From assembly GCF_009914755.1 (NCBI RefSeq), contig NC_060932.1: DNA of 64,000 nt; one strand, given 5' to 3'. Made by a program: the position numbers and the translations under genes. The notes below the pieces were generated by a model. That model was given only the letters and a program-made list of their open reading frames with translations, did no database searches and had not been told where the DNA came from. Of the stretch, positions 54,090 to 64,000 are shown piece by piece. Numbering within the stretch: position 1 is the first letter of the stretch; every line of letters starts with the position of its first letter. The DNA is from the human T2T-CHM13v2.0 reference genome, Homo sapiens.

Positions 54090-56085
54090 TTTGTAGACAT
54101 CTACACCTGACAAAACCCCAATCTTCCATGAACTGAGCTCTCTCTACTCAAAACCTACAGCTACTTAACTGAAAAAGGTCACAGAATAATCCACAACCCT
54201 GTCAACTGGTCTCCCTTGAAATTCAGAGCCAGCAAGTCAAGGGGATCTTAGTATTCCAGGCGTCTCCAATACCTGCTCCTACTCCAATCACTCATGGTCC
54301 CTTCTGTAGCATCTACTCTCCATCCTCACTGCTGAATGGAAACTCATTATGTCTGAAAACAGAGAAGCCATCTGAAAAGGCTTCCTAACCTCCCACCATC
54401 AACTCTACCACTCACCTGTCTTGTCCCTGAACCCACTTACTCTGCCTTTTCTCTTGTCACTGTGGATGCTCCTTTAAGTCAAACTGTCCAGCAACATGTT
54501 CACTCTTTCCGCGTGTCCTCAATTTCTCCCTCTTGATGAGATCATTCCATCAGCATATAAACATCTTTTTATATCTCCCATGTTAAAAAATATACCCTTC
54601 ACCCCAAATACCCCTCCAGCTCCTACCCAATTTTTCTACCCCAACCCCATTTAGAGTAAAAAACTTGGAAAGTGTTGTTCTTGCTCTTGTTCTCCAAATC
54701 CACCAGACCCACTCTCTTGTGAACCACTTCTAACAGGCTTTTTCCCCTTGACCACTCCACTGAGAGAGCTCTTCATGGTCACCAATGACTCCACATTGCT
54801 GAATCCTATGGGCAATTCTCAGGCGCCGTAATTAACAAAGCAAGAACATTTGATTCCACCATCGCTCCTTCTAAAAACACTTTCTTGTTTTAGCATCTAG
54901 GACATGACTCACCTCCCTTCCCTCCTACCACACTGGTTGCTCCTTCTCTGACTCCTTACTGTTTCTTTCTCACCTCCCTGATTTCTAAATATTGGATGCT
55001 GCAGTATTCAGTCACTGCAGCTCTGCTCTTCCCTCCCCCTAGGATAACTCGCCCAGTCTCCAGGCTTTAAATACCATTCATATGCCAGTGCCAATGCCTG
55101 CCAAATATATACCTGCGGCCTGGACTTCTCCCTTGAACTTCAGACTTATCCACTCAGCCACTGGCTCAACATCTCCAACTAAGAATGTCTTAAAGAGAGT
55201 TCCTGATATCCATTATCACACAACAACCCTATTCCTCCTGCAGTTCTTTGACAGTTAATAACCGACCTTCCAATTGCTCAGGCCAAAACCTTGAGTCAAC
55301 TGCTTCTTATTCCTCATGATCCATCATTGAAAAATGCTACTGTATCTTCAAAACATACCAAGTATCTGCCCACCTCCTACACTGCCATACTGGGTCACCA
55401 CTCTCCTGTGGATAATTCCAACAGCTTCCTAAGTGGGATCCCTGCTTCCTGCTTTTCCCCTGACAGTCTGTTCTCAACAGAGCAGCCAGAGTGATCTTTT
55501 GTAAATGTTAAATCAAATCATATCAAAACCCAAAGATGCCTTACTCCCTCACAAGTAAAAGCAAAACTGCCCACAATAGTCTCCCTGGCTTTGCATAAGC
55601 TACAGCCCCACCCAGTTCTCTGATCTTGTCTCCTATGCCACTCTTCTCATTTTCTTTCTGCTGAAGCCACACAGGCTCCTCGCTGTTTCTACAGCACATC
55701 AAGCATGCTCTGCCTCAAGGTCTTTGTGTTTCCTCTGTTGTGATGATTTCTCTCTGGATAGCACCTTGGCTACTTCCTGTATTTCCTTCAGGTCTCTGAT
55801 TAAATGTTAGTTTGTTAACCAGGCCTTCCCTGGGGACTCTATATCATTTCCCCATACCCCACCCCATACACGTTTTTCCTCTTACCTTGCTTTATAAGAC
55901 TTTTCCACGGCAATTATCACCATTTCACATTAGACATTTACATCTTTCTTCATTGACTCAAACCCCTATAGAATGCAAGTGTCATCAGAGCAGACACTAT
56001 TTTGCACTTGGCCATGTCCCCAGCACCCTGAGCAGTGTCTGGCCCATCATAGAAGCTCAACAAATATTAGTTGAAGGAAAGAATG
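54090..56085 (+). mobile_element. Long L2 (L2a-like), ~2 kb
   Basis: Colinear L2 landmarks: GGTCACCAATGACTCCACATTGC, TTTAAATACCAT, TTGCTCAGGCCAAAACCTTGAGTCA, CAGAGCAGCCAGAGTGATC, terminal GCTCAACAAATATTAGTTGAA. Confidence 0.85.
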
Positions 56086-56639
56086 GCCCAAAAGTGCATC
56101 AGGTGCTTCTAACTTTGTGTTCTCCTCATACCAAACTGCCCATTCTCAGTCACTGCATGTTTTCACAATACAGGGAACCCCATATGCTATTCCCTGGGAT
56201 TGAAACACTTCCACTGCCTCCTTGTCCAATGGACAGACAAGCTTGAAATGTCTTTGACATTTCACAAATGACTCTGTAACCTGCCCTGCTCCTCCCAACC
56301 TCTTCTGTACTCCTAAAGCAGCTCATAAGAAAACATGTCTCTATGAAGTTAGGTTCAGAAATCCATTTGCTTCTATGTTTAAAGCAACACTGTACATGCA
56401 TCTGCTAACCATACCCCATAGATGGAGGACAGAGCTGGTGCACATCTGTAATGTCACCCAGCTTTGTTGACATCAGTGAAAGTTCATAAATTAGAAGTTT
56501 ATAAATACCAAAGAATCTAACTGTATTTTATTGTTAATTGTTTTACTTCTCTGTGTCCTTCACAAGACTGATTACAGACTCCAAGTCTTATTTGTCCTAA
56601 AGCTGGCAAAATTTGAGTGTGTGAAGATTAAATGAATTC

Positions 56640-56860
56640 TACCCATAGATAATAAATAACACTTACTGGAAGCTTATTAGCATCCTGCTGTTCTACATGG
56701 ATTACCTCATTTAAGCTGCTGAACAACAACATGAGATAGAAACTATCAACTCCCTTTACATTTATGGAACTCAAGGTTTGTACAGGTAAATAATTATGCC
56801 GGAGGTCACATAATGACAAATGGCAGAGCTCCTTAACCTCAACCATCTGGCTCATGATAT
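56640..56860 (-). mobile_element. MIR
   Basis: ATAACACTTACTG..ACATGGATTACCTCATTTAA..AACAACATGAG..GAGGTCACAT..AAATGGCAGAGCT. Confidence 0.65.
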
Positions 56861-56894
56861 TAAGAGGTCTCTAAAGAGTCACCAAGAAAACCAG

Positions 56895-57066
56895 GAATAG
56901 CCCCCCAACCTTGCTACCGATCAGAATCACCTGTTGTACAATTGCAGAGTCTTTGGTTTCACCTCTATAAATTCTGCTTTGGTAGCTCTGGGATGAAGCC
57001 CAGAGACCTGTAGTTTTAATAGGCACCCAGGTGATTCTGATGCAGTCAATTCACTGACCAAGTTTA
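56895..57066. mobile_element. MER5B-like MITE
   Basis: ATCAGAATCACCTG ... CCCAGGTGATTCTGATGCAG inverted core. Confidence 0.7.
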
Positions 57067-57420
57067 GCAAGCAGGAAACAGCATATCAAATGGAGTGATT
57101 AGGAGGAATTTAATGAAAAGACTATTTAGAAAGGTGCTGGCAGGGATAAGGTGAAGTGGAGCACCAGAAGAGTGCTGTTCATACCCCTAGGCTGAAAGGG
57201 ACAAGGTGAGGGCACAGTTATCAGAAAGTGCAGAGTACCTATGGCTTTGAGAAGAGACAGTCTGGCAGGGGCTTAAATGTTCACTCAAGGTCAAAGGCAG
57301 TCAGAAGCCAGAGGGGAAAGGAGCCTCCATACAGTCCATAGACACAGCCTTCTGAGACATGGAACAGAAAAAGGAAGACGTATGCTGATCTGCAGGGCTA
57401 AAAGGAAAACATTCCACACA
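57067..57420 (-). mobile_element. LTR33-like LTR fragment
   Basis: GCAGGAAACAG..TTTAATGAAAAGACTATTTA..CCCCTAGGCTGAAAGGGACAAG. Confidence 0.55.
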
Positions 57421-57459
57421 TCAGGAATTTGAGAGTCAGTTTCCTATGGAAATAAACAC

Positions 57460-57880
57460 TGGTCCAGCAACTGCACTAGTCATATCAAACAAACTCACTG
57501 AAGACATCCAAATGTCTTTCAGAATGCATCCTTCACTCTCAGCTCCAAACCATATAATCATCTGCCAGCCGAATACTCATATAACCCCTCCTTTCCAATC
57601 AGTTAATCATGAATCCTTTGTTTTCTCCATTTGATATTTCTGATCCTTCCCTTCTCTTCATTCTCCCTGTCACTGGCTTGAGGCCACATTGTCTCTGTCT
57701 GGATCATTGCAGGAGCCTCATAATTGGCCTCTGTGCTTCCAGTATCAACCCTCCAAACTACTCTCCTCAGAGCTGCCAAAGCTTTCTTTCAAAATGCAAC
57801 CCTCATCATATTTCTCTTGGGTTTAGTACCCCACAGGAGCTTCCCACAGCACAGAGGTAAAGTGTAGACACCAACTGTGA
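57460..57880 (+). mobile_element. L2 fragment
   Basis: TCTGTCTGGATCATTGCAGGAGCCTC..TGGCCTCTGTGCTTCCAG..TTTCAAAATGCAA. Confidence 0.55.
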
Positions 57881-57919
57881 ATGCAATGTGTTTCCTTATT
57901 TCCATTTCTATATCATTTC

Positions 57920-59140
<1,221 letters not shown>

Positions 59141-59929
59141 TTCATTCTTTTTGGTGTAGGCATCTAAGAGATTTGGCCAATGCCCAGAACCATGTAGCTA
59201 TCAGGACAGGAGTCTGTCTTCTCATTTCCTCTGCCCAGAAAAGTGAGTCTCTCTCAGACTTTGACATTCTGCTATCTGTATTTCTGTGCAACAGGGGCAG
59301 GAAGACCAGAAGAAAGAAATAACAGAGATTACCACCCTCCACTGGCCCCAGTCACTCTGCAGACCATGGGGTCTCCTTTTCCTAATTTTCTGTTCAGAGA
59401 CAATTTTCTTTCAAAGTTTTAGGTGCTTGCACTGCCTCTGTGACCTCAATATGGTATCATGCAGGGCCACCCCCGCCGTAAGGCAGAAAGAGAAAAAAGA
59501 TAAGAGGAAGAAAAAAAGAAGAGATTCAACACCCTACACTTTCCAGCTTGCAAGGGTGCCACTTCCTGGTCCTCTGGCAAGAAATTGGGGGTTTCTCCAT
59601 GAAGTTGTGGCCACAGACAACCACTACACAGTTCAGCAACTAGGGCTGCCCATATGTCACAGCCAAGGTTGAAAGAAGAGAAAACCAGGAACTTACACTA
59701 TACCAGGAGTTCAAGTTTTTGCTTCCCTCTTAATCTGTTTCATTTACTTTTCAGAGGCCTCAGCTGCGTTTCAAAATTTTATCCAGAACTTTTAGTCGCA
59801 ATCAGGGGAGAAATCCACTTGGTGGGCTTTTTATCCTGGCCAGCATCAGAAATGACTTATAATTTGCACCCTAAACATTTCCTTTGGGCTTTCATTGTCA
59901 CAAGGTTTGAAACTGCATTCTCTTACATT

Positions 59930-61385
59930 TATTTTCTATTTTTAGACATTTAGGGGATACAAGTGCGGTTTTGTTACATGGATATATTGCATAGTGGTGA
60001 AGTCTGGGCTTTTGGTATAACCATCACCCAAATAGTGTACATTGTACTCAATGGGTAATTTCTCATTCCTCATCCCCCTTCTACCCTCCTACCCCTTGGA
60101 GTTGCCAGTGTCTATTATTCCACTCTCTAGGTCAATGCACACACATTATTTAGCTCCCATTTATAAGTGAGAACATGCAGTGTTTTGACTTTGTTTCTCA
60201 GTTATGTCACTTAGACTATGGCTTCCAGTTCCATTCATCTTGCTGCAAAAGCCATAATTTTATTCTTTTTTATGGCTGAGCAGTATTCCATGATATGTAT
60301 GTATGTATGCGTGTGTCTGTGTGTGTACAGGGTCTCACTGTGTTGTTCAGGCTGAATAGTGCTGCAATAAACATACGAGTGCAGGTATCTTTATGATATA
60401 ACAATCTCTTTTCCTTTGGGTAGATACCTAGCAGTAGGATTGCTGGATCAAATGATAGTTCTATTTTTAGTTCTTTGAGAAATCTCCATACTGTTTTCCA
60501 TTAGAGATTGCACTAATTTACATTTCCACCAACAGCATATAAGTCTTCCCTTTTCTCTGCATCCTCCCCAACATCTGTTGTTGACTTCTGAGTAACAGCC
60601 ATTCTGATGGGTGTCACATGGTAACTAATTGTGGTTTTAATTTGCATTTCTCTGATGATCAGTGGTGATGAGCATTTTTTCGTATGTTTGTTGGCTGTTT
60701 GTCTTCTTTTGAGAAGTGTCTGTTCATGTCCTTTGCCTACTTTATTTTTTCCTTTCCAACTTCTATGTTAGGTTCCAGAGGTACATGTACAGGTTTGTTC
60801 CATGAGTAGACTGTGTGTCACAGGGGTTTGGTGTACAGATAATTTTGTCACTGAGGTAATCAGCATAATATCTGATAGGTAGTTTTTAAATCCTCACACT
60901 CCTCCCACCTTCCACCCTCAAGTCGGCCCCAGTGTCTATTGTTTCCTTCTTTGTGTCCATGTGTACTCAATGTCTAGCTCCCACTGATAAGTGAGAACCT
61001 GGTATTTGGTTTTCTGTTATTGTATTAGTTCACTTAGGATAATGCTTTGCCCACTTTTTAATAGGGTTATTTGGGTTTTTTTGTCTTGTTTTTTCTTGTT
61101 GAGTTGTTTGAGTTCCCTATAAGCTCTGTATATTAGTTCTTTGTCATATGCATACTTTGCAAGTATTTTCTCCCATTCTGTAGGTTGTCTCTTCACTCTG
61201 TTGATTATTTCTTTTGCTGTGCAGAAGCTTTTTCATTCAATTAAGTCCCATATGTCTACTTTTGTTTTTGTTGCATTTGTTTTTGGGGTTTTAATAACAA
61301 ATTATTCTCCCAGGCCAATATCTAGATGAGCTTTTGCTAGGTTTTCTTGTAGAATTTTTATAGTTTCAGGTCTTACAGGTAAGTC
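59930..61385 (-). mobile_element. L1PB-like 3' end (3'UTR and ORF2 C-terminus)
   Basis: TTTTGTTACATGGATATATTGCATAGTGGTGAAGTCTGGGCTTTT 3'UTR; TTGCTGGATCAAATG..GTTCTTTGAGAAATCTCCATACTG. Confidence 0.88.
60744..61044 (-). mobile_element. L1PA15/16-like 3' fragment nested in L1PB
   Basis: Second L1 3'UTR (GGGGTTTGGTGTACAGATAATTTTGTCAC); TSD CTTTGCC(T/C)ACTTT at 60731 and 61045. Confidence 0.85.
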
Positions 61386-61395
61386 ATTCTCCCTA

Positions 61396-64000
<2,605 letters not shown>

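Noticed and set aside
55812-56246. 144-aa ORF, the longest outside L1
   Set aside because: Lies in the L2 3' end, starts at TTG and has no recognisable domain.

Overview
Primate genomic DNA (AluY present, so human or another catarrhine). It is AT-rich, has no CpG island and no recognisable protein-coding exon, tRNA, rRNA or processed pseudogene, so it reads as intergenic or deep-intronic. A large share is transposon-derived: about 18 Alu copies or monomers (densest in the first 12 kb), L1 fragments of many ages ending in a 2.5-kb minus-strand L1PA ORF2 block, many L2/MIR relics, MaLR and ERV solo LTRs (MSTA, MSTB, THE1C, MLT1C/D/I/J/K, LTR33, one MER66-like ERV1 LTR) and DNA-transposon MITEs (MER2, MER8, MER5, one Charlie-type). 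Subfamily names come from recalled consensus features, not a RepeatMasker run, and boundaries of old elements are approximate. The only ORFs with recognisable protein are L1 ORF2 relics. I did not find a convincing new biological system. The best leads are: an in-register L1PB/half-AluJ/L1PA chimeric junction (61.3-61.6 kb); a ~115-bp copy of flanking DNA inserted inside an MLT1C LTR (34.9/35.4 kb); a well-bounded minus-strand non-coding exon candidate (12.8 kb) with a possible partner; co-oriented CTCF motifs (14.0, 34.2, 34.5 kb); a nested-hairpin/SOX-palindrome element next to an AG|GT site (52.1-52.3 kb); and a THE1C LTR with an intact DUX4 motif.
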